Below the pieces are notes generated by a model, which searched no databases, was not told the DNA's origin, and worked only from the letters and a program-made list of their open reading frames with translations. A stretch of 41,035 nucleotides of DNA from a bacterium (GTDB lineage Bacteria; JAHJDO01), in the NCBI GenBank assembly GCA_043824255.1, contig JBDRTG010000039.1:1-41035 (forward strand). Reading direction: 5' to 3'. The translations under genes were made by a program, and so were the position numbers. Of this stretch, positions 9,058 through 18,525 are shown in pieces; the first letter of the stretch is position 1, and every line of letters begins with the position of its first letter.

Positions 9058-11136
9058 ATGAGTATTGCTAACCCCAAAATTAATTCAAATAAAAATGGCT
9101 CATGTGGTATTGTTTTTAACCCTAAAACAGGACGATTAATTGATAAGAAGGGGAAAACAGTATATGCTGACAAGCCCTACTCCTATGCCGTTACCCTCTC
9201 GGAAAATAATAGGTTGTGCCGGAAGGGAAAGTTATCTCACATGGATTACTCCCAGGATAATAACCAATACCGGATTTCTGGAGGATTTAAAAATTGCACC
9301 GTGGAGTTTGTGCATCAATTATTACATAAGAATGGAAATTTAGAAGAGGTTATAACTCTTACCAATAATGGGACTACTCCCCTTGAGATTAGAAAGGTTG
9401 AATTCGGCTTTAACCTGGAAATTGGGAAGCTCGTTGATTGGAGATTATGTGCTGTCCCTCTCCGGGTACAGTTAGATGGTAAAATTCATGATTATTCCAC
9501 CCATGAGCTTACAGAAGGTAAATTTACTAATTCGGTATATGCTGATTCCACTAGGCCAGAACCTCCTTTAGCTGAGGAAGGGATATTGCGCTCAGAAGCC
9601 TGGGCCTGGTTTAACAGCAAGCAAGGCCTTCTGATAGTCAAATATAATCCTGAAGATATCGAACATTCAATTGTTTGCCCCTACTCGCAAAAAAAGGAGA
9701 ACTATTTGCGTTTTGGTGGGGTAGGGCTTTGTCTTTACAGTGAGCCTTCTGCCGCGCTGTCTCTGGCACCCGGGCAAAGCTTTTCTTTTGGTCCTACCAC
9801 ATATATATCCTTTCGAGGAGGATTAACTTCAGCTTACTTAGCTTATCGGACTTTTCTGGAGAGCAAAGGTCATGGTTTACCGAAAGACTATAACCCTCCC
9901 GTAAACTGGAATGAGCTTTACGATATTGGCTGGTACCATTCTAATAAGAAAAAACTTAAAAAAAAATATACCCGGGAAGCTCTTCTGGCAGAAGCAGCTA
10001 AAGCAAAAGAGTGTGGATGTGAATTGCTCTATCTTGATCCAGGCTGGGAAATTGCGGAAGGAACAACTCTCTGGGATAAATCCAGATTAGGAGAAGTAAA
10101 AGACTTAGTTAAGATCCTAAAAGAGAAGTATGGTTTAGAGCTGGGTTACCGGACCATGTTGAGATGTTACAGAAAACATTGGCCTAATAAGTGGCTCGTT
10201 TTGAAAAAAACTGGAGCTGGAAGAAATTGGATTAAACAAGAAAGAAATCCAAGATTGTACGAGTTATGTCTTTGCAACAAGGATTATTGGCAGGAGAAAT
10301 TAAAGCGAATTTTAGATATTTCTCAACAGGGCGTGCGTTTCATGATGTTTGACGAAATGGATTGGAGAGGTCCCTGCTGGGATCCTAAACATAATCATTC
10401 AATCCCTACCACTGTCTTAGATCACGTCCAGGCTGTCTATGAATTGTGCGCTGCGGTTCGTAAGCATTGCCCGGATATACTTATTGAATGCCATGATCCG
10501 GTTTGGTCTTGGCACAATTGTATCTATGTACCAACTTATTTTGGACAAGGATTCGGCAAAGATGGTTTTTACCAGGAAAACTGGGGTTTTGAATATATGT
10601 GGAACTGTATTGATGATCTCAAGACAGGTAAAGCGTTAAGCTTATACTACTATAATCTGGGGTGTCCGATTCCTCTATATCTGCATATTAATATGACTGC
10701 GGATAATGATCAATGTCTTTTCTTTTGGTGGGCAGCTTCTACGGTGAGACATCTGGGTATCGGAGGCAAAAAATGTGGTCAGGGAGTGCATGCAGAGAGT
10801 TGCAATCCTGAAAAACGATTCAGAGCTTACCAGAAACAGATGAACGTCTATAAACAATTAAAACCTTATTTCGTGCGAGGTAGCTTCTATGGTATTAGTG
10901 AACATATTCATCTGCACACCCTGCCCTCTAAACGAGGCGGAGTGTTAAATGTATTTAATCTAAAAGAGAAGGAACAATCTTTCCGCTTTTCCATTCCTTC
11001 TCAGCTACTAAATACGAAAAAGCCTCTTCCTGTTGAAGGAGCTAGGGCGATTTGGAAAAAAGGGGGAGAGGTTGAATTTAGTCTCTGCCTACCTGCTATG
11101 GCTCCTGCCATAATCTACATAAGGGATTCAGCTTGA
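9058..11136 (+). CDS. GH36/alpha-galactosidase-like glycoside hydrolase
   Basis: PVNWNE, LLYLDPGW, MMFDE and LIECHD motifs in the expected clan GH-D order; AGGAG RBS before ATG 9058. Confidence 0.6.
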   Translation: MSIANPKINSNKNGSCGIVFNPKTGRLIDKKGKTVYADKPYSYAVTLSENNRLCRKGKLSHMDYSQDNNQYRISGGFKNCTVEFVHQLLHKNGNLEEVITLTNNGTTPLEIRKVEFGFNLEIGKLVDWRLCAVPLRVQLDGKIHDYSTHELTEGKFTNSVYADSTRPEPPLAEEGILRSEAWAWFNSKQGLLIVKYNPEDIEHSIVCPYSQKKENYLRFGGVGLCLYSEPSAALSLAPGQSFSFGPTTYISFRGGLTSAYLAYRTFLESKGHGLPKDYNPPVNWNELYDIGWYHSNKKKLKKKYTREALLAEAAKAKECGCELLYLDPGWEIAEGTTLWDKSRLGEVKDLVKILKEKYGLELGYRTMLRCYRKHWPNKWLVLKKTGAGRNWIKQERNPRLYELCLCNKDYWQEKLKRILDISQQGVRFMMFDEMDWRGPCWDPKHNHSIPTTVLDHVQAVYELCAAVRKHCPDILIECHDPVWSWHNCIYVPTYFGQGFGKDGFYQENWGFEYMWNCIDDLKTGKALSLYYYNLGCPIPLYLHINMTADNDQCLFFWWAASTVRHLGIGGKKCGQGVHAESCNPEKRFRAYQKQMNVYKQLKPYFVRGSFYGISEHIHLHTLPSKRGGVLNVFNLKEKEQSFRFSIPSQLLNTKKPLPVEGARAIWKKGGEVEFSLCLPAMAPAIIYIRDSA

Positions 11137-11223
11137 TTATTTAACGTCTATGGGACATATTGAGAATTACAATGAAAATCTTAAACAAAAAGTGTTACCC
11201 ATGTGCCAAGCCAGCATATTTAC

Positions 11224-11252
11224 TTGACAAAAACTAGTTTATTTTTTATAAT
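11224..11252 (+). promoter_or_regulatory. Perfect-consensus sigma70 promoter
   Basis: TTGACA(11224-11229)-N17-TATAAT(11247-11252). Confidence 0.85.
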
Positions 11253-11253
11253 T

Positions 11254-11278
11254 ACTTTTTAGAGACATTCTAATAAGG
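11254..11278. promoter_or_regulatory. Putative ROK operator palindrome
   Basis: ACTTTTTAGA-GACAT-TCTAATAAGG, 8/10 arm match, overlapping the predicted transcription start. Confidence 0.6.
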
Positions 11279-11289
11279 CTAATTTAGTT

Positions 11290-12462
11290 ATGAGAACCAT
11301 TGCCTGCAATTTAAATACAATGAAAAAAATCAATAGGTTGAGAATAATGAATCTGTTGAATACAGAAGGGCCCCTGCCACGGATAGAGCTTACAAAAAAG
11401 TCAAAACTGAATGGAAAAACTATTACAAGCCTAACTAAAGAACTTATTGGAGAGGATCTTATAAGTTCTATTGGCTATACATCTTCAACTGGAGGTAGAT
11501 GTCCTGAATTACTTAATATCAATGCAAATGCAAAACAGTGTATAGGGCTTTACATGGATGGGGAAAAGATTTTAGGAATTTTATCTAATTTAAAAGGCAA
11601 TATATTAATAAAAAAGCAATTCCCTCTAAAGGTAGGAGCCTCCAGAAAAACAGTTATTGATGTATTTGAAAAATCTATACTGTCACTTACTGAACAGGCA
11701 GAACGCAGAAAGCTACTGGGTATAGGAATAGCAGTTCAAGGTATAATGGATGCAAACATGGAGACAGTGATACAATCTGCTTTATTCCCATCCATGGAGG
11801 GAATGAACCTGAAGAAAATATTGCGAAAGATATATTATGCGCCAGTTGAGATTGAAGATTCTGCCAGAGCCAAGGCTTTGGCAGAGAAGTGGTTTGGCGT
11901 CGCTAAAAAAATAGATAACTTCATTCTTCTTGATATGGGCCTGGGGATAGGGTGTGCTATCTTTGCAGAAGGACACATTCATTATGGGGAGAATATGAGT
12001 TCAGGAGAAATAGGACATACAGTAATAGACGAGGGAGGCGCTTTATGTCGCTGCGGACATAGAGGATGTCTTGAAACTGTTGCATCATTGGAGGTTCTCG
12101 AGAGAAGAATAGAAAAAGGATTGGGTTTAAAAAGCATAAATCTCGGGGAAATTGTAGAGCTGTTGCATGAAGAGAATACTACTGCAAAAAGTATTGTTTG
12201 TGAAATAGGTCATTATATAGGATTAAGTATAAGTAATGTAGTAAATGTAATACATCCATCTCACATAATTCTTGATGGTTCGCTGGCTAAGCTTGGAATT
12301 TTTTTTTTTAATTCTATAGATAATACCCTTAAACATTATACAATGCCTAGCTTTTACAATAATCTAAAACTTGTTGCAGCAAAACTGGGTGATGAAGGAG
12401 CGTCCTTGGGTGCTACTACACTCCTGTTGCGGAAGATATTTGAAATGGAAGAACTGATGTGA
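11290..12462 (+). CDS. ROK-family transcriptional repressor (XylR/NagC-like)
   Basis: N-terminal HTH (INRLRIMNLL...STGGR), GLGIGCAI, GEIGH, CRCGHRGCLE zinc motif. Confidence 0.93.
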   Translation: MRTIACNLNTMKKINRLRIMNLLNTEGPLPRIELTKKSKLNGKTITSLTKELIGEDLISSIGYTSSTGGRCPELLNINANAKQCIGLYMDGEKILGILSNLKGNILIKKQFPLKVGASRKTVIDVFEKSILSLTEQAERRKLLGIGIAVQGIMDANMETVIQSALFPSMEGMNLKKILRKIYYAPVEIEDSARAKALAEKWFGVAKKIDNFILLDMGLGIGCAIFAEGHIHYGENMSSGEIGHTVIDEGGALCRCGHRGCLETVASLEVLERRIEKGLGLKSINLGEIVELLHEENTTAKSIVCEIGHYIGLSISNVVNVIHPSHIILDGSLAKLGIFFFNSIDNTLKHYTMPSFYNNLKLVAAKLGDEGASLGATTLLLRKIFEMEELM

Positions 12463-12518
12463 TTTCGAGTTTTTGAATTAATTGGAAATTAGAAATTAAA
12501 ACAAGAGAGGGCTGTAAA

Positions 12519-14006
12519 ATGTTAAGCATAACAAAAAAAGAAGAACTCAGGGGTAAGGTGTGTAGAATGCTCAGTAATGTAGGTATGAAAGTTGATTGCG
12601 AAGAAATGGAAAAGATTTTGCTTGGTAAGGGATGTTCTGAAGCCACGAATAATCGTATAAAGATTCCTGAAGAATTAATTAAAGAGTTTTCCACTTCTCA
12701 GGGAAAAAAGCTGGATAAAGAGGGTGAAAAAGAATTCCTTGAAATGACTCTGGAGTTTGGCGCTGCATATACTAAGTTTCTTCTTTGGAGTGGTAGAAAA
12801 GATGTGGTGAAAAAGAAATTAGAATCAGAATTTATAACAAATATTTTTGATGACGGTCCAACCAAATTTTACGATTACACGAAGCATAAGGAGATTCCAG
12901 TAAATACAGAGATATTAACTAATATGATGAAGTTAGCCCATGCAATTCCTGACGTAGGATATGTTCCAGCCTGGTACCGCCAGGATGTGCCTCAGGAAAC
13001 AGAAAGAATATCATCCTTGATTGAAGCATTAAAACTTACGGATAAAGTAGGAGGAGTTGAGTCAATTTCTATTGGGCAGGTAAAGTATCTGATAGAAATC
13101 GGCGATATTATGGGAGAAAATCCAAAAGGCTGTCCATATCTTCACGGCTCACAGTGTATGACTTCCCCTTTAATGCTTGAGGCAAGATCTGCAGATGAAA
13201 TGATTGAGAGAAAAAATAGAGGTGTAGGAAGATATTATGTTGCTTCCATGATAACTCTGGGAGTTTCTACACCGGTGTCGCTATCAGATTCAATCATTTT
13301 GGGAGCAGCTGAAATTCTTGGGGGAATGATAGCTGCATATTGTTTGGATCCTGAGGCAGAAATTACAGGCAGAATGATTACATCTGTCCTTGATATGAAA
13401 ACTGCAAATGCAACCATGTGCAGACCAGAAGGAGCTATTGTGAATGCAGGTGTTAGAGAATTATTTGATGATTTCTTTGGCTCTCAGATAAGAACAACTC
13501 CAGATTACATGACTACTGCAAAGGTTCCTGGACTTCAGGCAGTATACGAAAACTTTTTTTCCGGAAGTGCTTTTACTAAAGTTATGAACTTGAATGAGGC
13601 TTTTTATCCTGGTGTTGGCGTATTAAACATTGCAGGAGCAGGGTCTCCCACACAGGCAATTATGGATATTGAGATAAAAAGATCTCAGTATTTTCTTAGA
13701 AAGCAATGTGGAATGAATGATAGTTCTATGGATTTTGAGGAATTCTGTGAGGGCATATCTAATGGCAAGGAGTTTCTAAACAGCGATTACACCTTAACAC
13801 ACTTTAGAGAAATATGGTCTCCTTCCATATTTATAAGCGGTAATGCAGAATCAGGAGATGAAAAGAGTATTCTTGACAGATGTGATGAAATATGGAGAGA
13901 AAGTATTAAGAATTATAAGCCGCGAGAATTGACAGAGGAGAAAAGAAAGGCATTGGACGATCTGTTAGTCAGAGCAAATAAGGAGTTGTTGCGGAAGGAG
14001 GGATAA
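12519..14006 (+). CDS. MttB-superfamily (trimethylamine methyltransferase-like) protein, non-pyrrolysine, divergent
   Basis: TSPL, STPVSLSDSIILGAAEILGG, LDMKT, AKVPGLQA.YE, EFL.SD.TL.HFR motifs; 495 aa with no in-frame TAG. Confidence 0.75.
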   Translation: MLSITKKEELRGKVCRMLSNVGMKVDCEEMEKILLGKGCSEATNNRIKIPEELIKEFSTSQGKKLDKEGEKEFLEMTLEFGAAYTKFLLWSGRKDVVKKKLESEFITNIFDDGPTKFYDYTKHKEIPVNTEILTNMMKLAHAIPDVGYVPAWYRQDVPQETERISSLIEALKLTDKVGGVESISIGQVKYLIEIGDIMGENPKGCPYLHGSQCMTSPLMLEARSADEMIERKNRGVGRYYVASMITLGVSTPVSLSDSIILGAAEILGGMIAAYCLDPEAEITGRMITSVLDMKTANATMCRPEGAIVNAGVRELFDDFFGSQIRTTPDYMTTAKVPGLQAVYENFFSGSAFTKVMNLNEAFYPGVGVLNIAGAGSPTQAIMDIEIKRSQYFLRKQCGMNDSSMDFEEFCEGISNGKEFLNSDYTLTHFREIWSPSIFISGNAESGDEKSILDRCDEIWRESIKNYKPRELTEEKRKALDDLLVRANKELLRKEG

Positions 14007-14010
14007 TATA

Positions 14011-14961
14011 ATGGACAGGGGAAAATTAACTAAACTGCTTGATTTAATGTATAGGATACGTTTCTTTGAAGAGAGAACAATGGTGCTTTTTCGAGAGGGT
14101 TTAATAGTCGGTGCTCTTCACCATTATATAGGTGAGGAAGCAATCGCTGCAGGAGCTTGTGCTGCAACAGAAAAGGACGATTATGTTGTAAGCACTCATC
14201 GCGGCCATGGACACTGCATTGCCAAAGGAGCTGACTTGAAACGTATGATGGCTGAGCTTATGGGGAGAGAAACCGGCTACAGCAGAGCAAGAGGCGGCTC
14301 TATGCATATTTTCAGCATAGAGGAAGGATTGTTAGGAGGAAATGGTATTGTGGGAGGCGGTCTTCCTATTGCTCTTGGCTCAGCACTTTCAGGGCAATAC
14401 AGAGAATCTGGACAGGTAACTCTCTGCTTCTTTGCAGAAGGAGCAGGTGCGCGAGGAACATTTCATGAATCCTTGAACCTGGCTGCCTTGTGGAAACTTC
14501 CTGTTATTTATATATGCGAGAATAATCTCTGGTCAGCTACTACCTATATAAATTACAGCTTACCGATAGAGAATATCGGAGACAGAGCTTCCGCTTATGG
14601 AATACCCGGGAAGGTTATAGATGGAAACGATGTAGGGGAAGTTTATAAAACTGTGGATGAGGCGATAAAGAGAGCTAGAGAAGGCAATGGTCCTACTTTA
14701 ATAGAGTGTAAGACATACAGACATTATCCGCACTGCATGGTGATACCTGATACAAGACCCCGGAGTGAAGTTATGGAATGGAAAAAGAAGGATCCGATTC
14801 CACGTTTTGAAAAGAAACTTCTGGAGGAGAAAGTAATAACAGAAATAGAGATGAAAAAAATTAAAGAAAAAGTCAAGAACATCTTGGATGAAGCAGAAGA
14901 ATTTGCAAGAAAGAGTCCTCTACCAGGTGTAGAGACAGTTGAAGAAGGACTGTGGGCATGA
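14011..14961 (+). CDS. TPP-dependent dehydrogenase E1 alpha (AcoA/PdhA-like)
   Basis: STHRGHGH, RGGSMH, AEGA...ENN, LIECKTYR. Confidence 0.92.
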   Translation: MDRGKLTKLLDLMYRIRFFEERTMVLFREGLIVGALHHYIGEEAIAAGACAATEKDDYVVSTHRGHGHCIAKGADLKRMMAELMGRETGYSRARGGSMHIFSIEEGLLGGNGIVGGGLPIALGSALSGQYRESGQVTLCFFAEGAGARGTFHESLNLAALWKLPVIYICENNLWSATTYINYSLPIENIGDRASAYGIPGKVIDGNDVGEVYKTVDEAIKRAREGNGPTLIECKTYRHYPHCMVIPDTRPRSEVMEWKKKDPIPRFEKKLLEEKVITEIEMKKIKEKVKNILDEAEEFARKSPLPGVETVEEGLWA

Positions 14962-14977
14962 AGGAGGTGTTTGTAAT

Positions 14978-15946
14978 ATGAGAGAATTAACATATCTTGA
15001 TGCTTTAAATGAAGCTTTAAGAGAGGAAATGGAAAGAGACGAGAATGTTTTCCTCATAGGGGAAGATATAGGTCCATTTGGTGGAGTTTTTGGAGTAGAG
15101 AAAGGACTCTGGGAAAAGTTTGGTGAAAAAAGAGTAAGGCAAACTCCCATATCAGAGGATGCAATAGTGGGAAGTGCGGTTGGTGCTGCAATGACAGGGC
15201 TGAGACCCGTAGTAGAAATAATGTACATAGATTTTATAACCTGCTGTATGGATCAAGTAGTAAATCAGGCGGCAAAGCTGCGCTATATGTCAGGCGGAGG
15301 AATAAAAATGCCTCTGGTTATACGGGCACAGGGAGGAAGTGGTACTGCAGAAGCAGCACAGCATTCACAAAGTTTGGAAGCGTGGTTTGTGCATACTCCA
15401 GGGCTTAAAGTAGTAATGCCTGCTACAGTATATGATGCAAAAGGACTTCTAAAAACAGCAATCAGGGATGATAATCCAGTAATATTTTTAGAGCACAGAA
15501 TGCTTTACAATATAAAAGATAATGTTCCAGAAGGAGAGTGGACAGTGCTGTTTGGTAAGGCAGAGGTAAAACATGAGGGAAAAGATATTACCATTGTCGC
15601 CACATCCCTTATGGTCCATAAGGCATTGGAAGCAGCAAAAGAGCTTGCTGATAGCATTAGTATAGAGGTTATTGATCCAAGAACGTTGGTTCCGCTTGAT
15701 ATAGATACAATTCTTAAGTCAGTAAAAAAGACCTCTAAATTACTTGTTGTTCATGAAGCTCCTACAGTAGCAGGAGTTGGTGCAGAAATAGTAAGACAGG
15801 TTGTAGAAAATGCATTCGATTATCTTGACGGAGCGCCACGTGTTCTCGGTGGCAGAAGTATTCCAATGCCTTACGCGCCAATACTGGAGAAAGAATGTAT
15901 CCCTCAAAAGGAGGATATAGTCAAACTGGTAAAGGATATGATATGA
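14978..15946 (+). CDS. TPP-dependent dehydrogenase E1 beta (AcoB/PdhB-like)
   Basis: GEDIG, TPISE, GLRPVVEIM, AAQHSQS, EVIDPRTLVPLD; AGGAGG RBS before ATG 14978. Confidence 0.92.
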   Translation: MRELTYLDALNEALREEMERDENVFLIGEDIGPFGGVFGVEKGLWEKFGEKRVRQTPISEDAIVGSAVGAAMTGLRPVVEIMYIDFITCCMDQVVNQAAKLRYMSGGGIKMPLVIRAQGGSGTAEAAQHSQSLEAWFVHTPGLKVVMPATVYDAKGLLKTAIRDDNPVIFLEHRMLYNIKDNVPEGEWTVLFGKAEVKHEGKDITIVATSLMVHKALEAAKELADSISIEVIDPRTLVPLDIDTILKSVKKTSKLLVVHEAPTVAGVGAEIVRQVVENAFDYLDGAPRVLGGRSIPMPYAPILEKECIPQKEDIVKLVKDMI

Positions 15947-16509
15947 AAATCTGTGCGTTTCTTGGCAGCCCCAGAAAAGAAGGGAATACTGCCCATGTAT
16001 TAAATTGGATCTTGGAAGAGGCGAAAAATAATGGACATAAAGTAGAGCTAGTATATCTTCAGGACCAAAAGATATCCGGTTGCAAAGAGTGTTTTGCTTG
16101 TCAGAAAATAGTCGATAGACCAGGATGTTCTATTAAAGATGATATGCAGAAACTATATCTAAAGATTTTAGAAGCAGATTGTATTTTGATTGCTACTCCT
16201 GTTTTTACGTGGTCTGTTTCTGCAATGACAAAGGCATTTCTTGAACGAACATATTGTTTTGAGAAATTTTCTGAGGATGGTAGTTATATCTCCTTTGTGG
16301 AAGACAAGAGATGCGGGCTTGTAGTAACAGCGGCTGGAGATGAATTTGACGGAGCAGATTTGATAGTTGAAAGCTACCGGCGGATGGTTGAGTTTCACAG
16401 GATGAAAAATATTGGACACCTTGTAGTTGCCAATATTCGAACCCAAAAAGACCTTTTAAACCCAAATGTTGAACAGGCAGCAAGAAAATTTGTCAGTTCT
16501 ATAAAATAA
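15943..16509 (+). CDS. Flavodoxin-family iron-sulfur flavoprotein (Isf / FMN_red)
   Basis: GSPRKEGNT FMN loop, CKECFAC-X7-C...DDM cluster motif, ATPVF; ATGA overlap with the E1 beta stop. Confidence 0.88.
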   Translation: MKICAFLGSPRKEGNTAHVLNWILEEAKNNGHKVELVYLQDQKISGCKECFACQKIVDRPGCSIKDDMQKLYLKILEADCILIATPVFTWSVSAMTKAFLERTYCFEKFSEDGSYISFVEDKRCGLVVTAAGDEFDGADLIVESYRRMVEFHRMKNIGHLVVANIRTQKDLLNPNVEQAARKFVSSIK

Positions 16510-16540
16510 TAAAAGACATAGGCATTTTAAGGGAGAATAA

Positions 16541-17566
16541 ATGAAAAAAGTTATTATTAGAAGTCCTTATGAGGTTGTTTTAGAAGAGGTGGCTAATCCT
16601 GAAATAGACAATAATCAGTTTCTGGTTAAGACTATTTTAACTGCAATAAGTGCCGGGACAGAATTGACGAAGTACAAAGGCACAAATCCAGGTTTTCTGA
16701 CAGGTCGCTATCATTATCCAACTGAGCTGGGATATGAACACGTTGGTGAGGTAGTGAAAGTCGGCAGAAATGTTGAGAATGTTTCTATTGGGGACAGGGT
16801 TGTAACTACTGCCCGTCATGCAGAGTACGCAGTAATAAATAAAGATATGCCGACAATATATGATCTATATGGAATATTACCTGAAAATTTTAATCCTGAA
16901 GAAGCTGTATTTGCTCCTTTAACCACGATAGCGACTCATACAATTCATCGTTCCATGATTATGCTTGGAGATACTGTGGGGATTGTTGGATTAGGAGTTG
17001 TAGGCATGTTAACAGCACAGGTAGCAAAAGCAGCCGGGGCATCAAAAGTCATCGGCATAGACCTCCTGGATTCGAAATTAAAGATAGCTAAGAAATTAGG
17101 AGTAGATGTTGCCATTAATCCCAATAGCACAGATATTAAAGAAAGGGTCTTTGAGGAAACAGACGGACAGGGTGTGGATATTGCTATTGAGTCCAGTGGA
17201 GTGGCAAAAGCTGTTGGCTCGGCATTGGACATTGTCAGAAAACGGGGAAAAGTGGTCATCGAAGGATTCCATGCAAAACCTTTTGAGGTTTCAGGGGAAG
17301 ATATTCTCACTAAGGAGTTAGAAATTATCGGGGTAAGATCATCAGGCGGTCCTGATCTTTCATACGAGTATATAAGATGGAGTGCAAAAGCAAATTATCA
17401 GGAAGCTTTTAGATTGATAATTTCAGGCAAGGTGAAATGCAGTCCGATGATAACTCATAGGTTTAAAGCAGAAGAAATTAACAAGGCTTATGAAATGATT
17501 GATAAAAAGAAAGAGGATTTTTTGAAAGTAATCCTGAATTGGAAGCAAGCACAGGAAAGGTTGTAA
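16541..17566 (+). CDS. MDR-family (Zn-ADH-like) dehydrogenase
   Basis: ISAGTE, GYEHVGEV, VGLGVVG Rossmann motif, ITHRF; lacks the structural-Zn Cys lobe. Confidence 0.88.
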   Translation: MKKVIIRSPYEVVLEEVANPEIDNNQFLVKTILTAISAGTELTKYKGTNPGFLTGRYHYPTELGYEHVGEVVKVGRNVENVSIGDRVVTTARHAEYAVINKDMPTIYDLYGILPENFNPEEAVFAPLTTIATHTIHRSMIMLGDTVGIVGLGVVGMLTAQVAKAAGASKVIGIDLLDSKLKIAKKLGVDVAINPNSTDIKERVFEETDGQGVDIAIESSGVAKAVGSALDIVRKRGKVVIEGFHAKPFEVSGEDILTKELEIIGVRSSGGPDLSYEYIRWSAKANYQEAFRLIISGKVKCSPMITHRFKAEEINKAYEMIDKKKEDFLKVILNWKQAQERL

Positions 17567-17591
17567 AAATTAACAAAAGGAGATAACTGTA

Positions 17592-18503
17592 ATGGAAAGA
17601 TTGGTATATATAAATGGGGAAATGGTTCCCGAAAGTGAAGCTAAAGTTTCTGTTTTTGACGTTGGCTTTCTCTATGGAGCTACGTTTTTTGAATCCGTAA
17701 GAACTTTTAAGCACAAATTCTTTAAACTCGATGAGCACTTGAGGCGTCTTGAGCGCTCCTTATGCTACGCAGGAATACCTGATGCTATCACAAAAGAGAA
17801 AATGGCTGATATTATGTCTCAGGTACTGGATGCCAATATTCATCTGACAGATAAAGAAGACGATATGTGGATGTGCGCAGAGGTTACACCGGGGAAAACA
17901 TTCCCAATGCCTTTAATGAAACAAATAGATAAAACTCCGACCGTGATTGTTTATTCCAGTGCTATGCCGCACAGCGAGTATGTCAAATATTATACAGAGG
18001 GAAAACATGTTGTAACCTCTTTAATTAGAAATACATCTCCTCAAAATCTGGATTCACGCGCTAAAAATCGCAACAGAGTGCCTCATTTCATATCTAAGCT
18101 GGAAGTTATAAAAAAGGACACTAACGCATTTGGGCTTTTCCTTGACCTTGATGGAAATATAACAGAGGGTACAGGCGCCAATATCTTCTTTGTCTTAGAT
18201 GGTATCTTGTACACTCCTACAATAAAGAATATTCTGAACGGTATCAGCAGACTGACTGTTATAGAACTGGCAGAGAAAATGAATATAAAGGTTATAGAGA
18301 AGGACCTTACTTTATATGATGCTTATAACGCCAAAGAGGCATTCTGGACAACCACTTCATATTGTATTCTACCTATTTCCATGATTGACGGAAGAAAAAT
18401 TGGCAATAAATACCCTGGTAGATATGCAGAAAAATTGCTTGAAGCATGGAGCAAAAAAGTAGGTGTGGACATAGTTGGCCAGGCTAAGAAATTTGCGAAA
18501 TAA
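17592..18503 (+). CDS. PLP aminotransferase class IV (BCAT/D-amino-acid type)
   Basis: DVGFLYG..FFES.R, H..RL, AK (PLP Lys), EGTGANIF, ILNGISR. Confidence 0.9.
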   Translation: MERLVYINGEMVPESEAKVSVFDVGFLYGATFFESVRTFKHKFFKLDEHLRRLERSLCYAGIPDAITKEKMADIMSQVLDANIHLTDKEDDMWMCAEVTPGKTFPMPLMKQIDKTPTVIVYSSAMPHSEYVKYYTEGKHVVTSLIRNTSPQNLDSRAKNRNRVPHFISKLEVIKKDTNAFGLFLDLDGNITEGTGANIFFVLDGILYTPTIKNILNGISRLTVIELAEKMNIKVIEKDLTLYDAYNAKEAFWTTTSYCILPISMIDGRKIGNKYPGRYAEKLLEAWSKKVGVDIVGQAKKFAK

Positions 18504-18525
18504 ATAACAATAAAGGAGAAATAAG

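Noticed and set aside
9958..9966. A9 run in the GH36-like gene as a phase-variation site
   Set aside because: It is in frame within a Lys-rich stretch and expected by chance in AT-rich DNA.
12519..14006. Pyrrolysine-containing MttB
   Set aside because: The ORF is full length with no in-frame TAG, and there are no pyl genes in the window.
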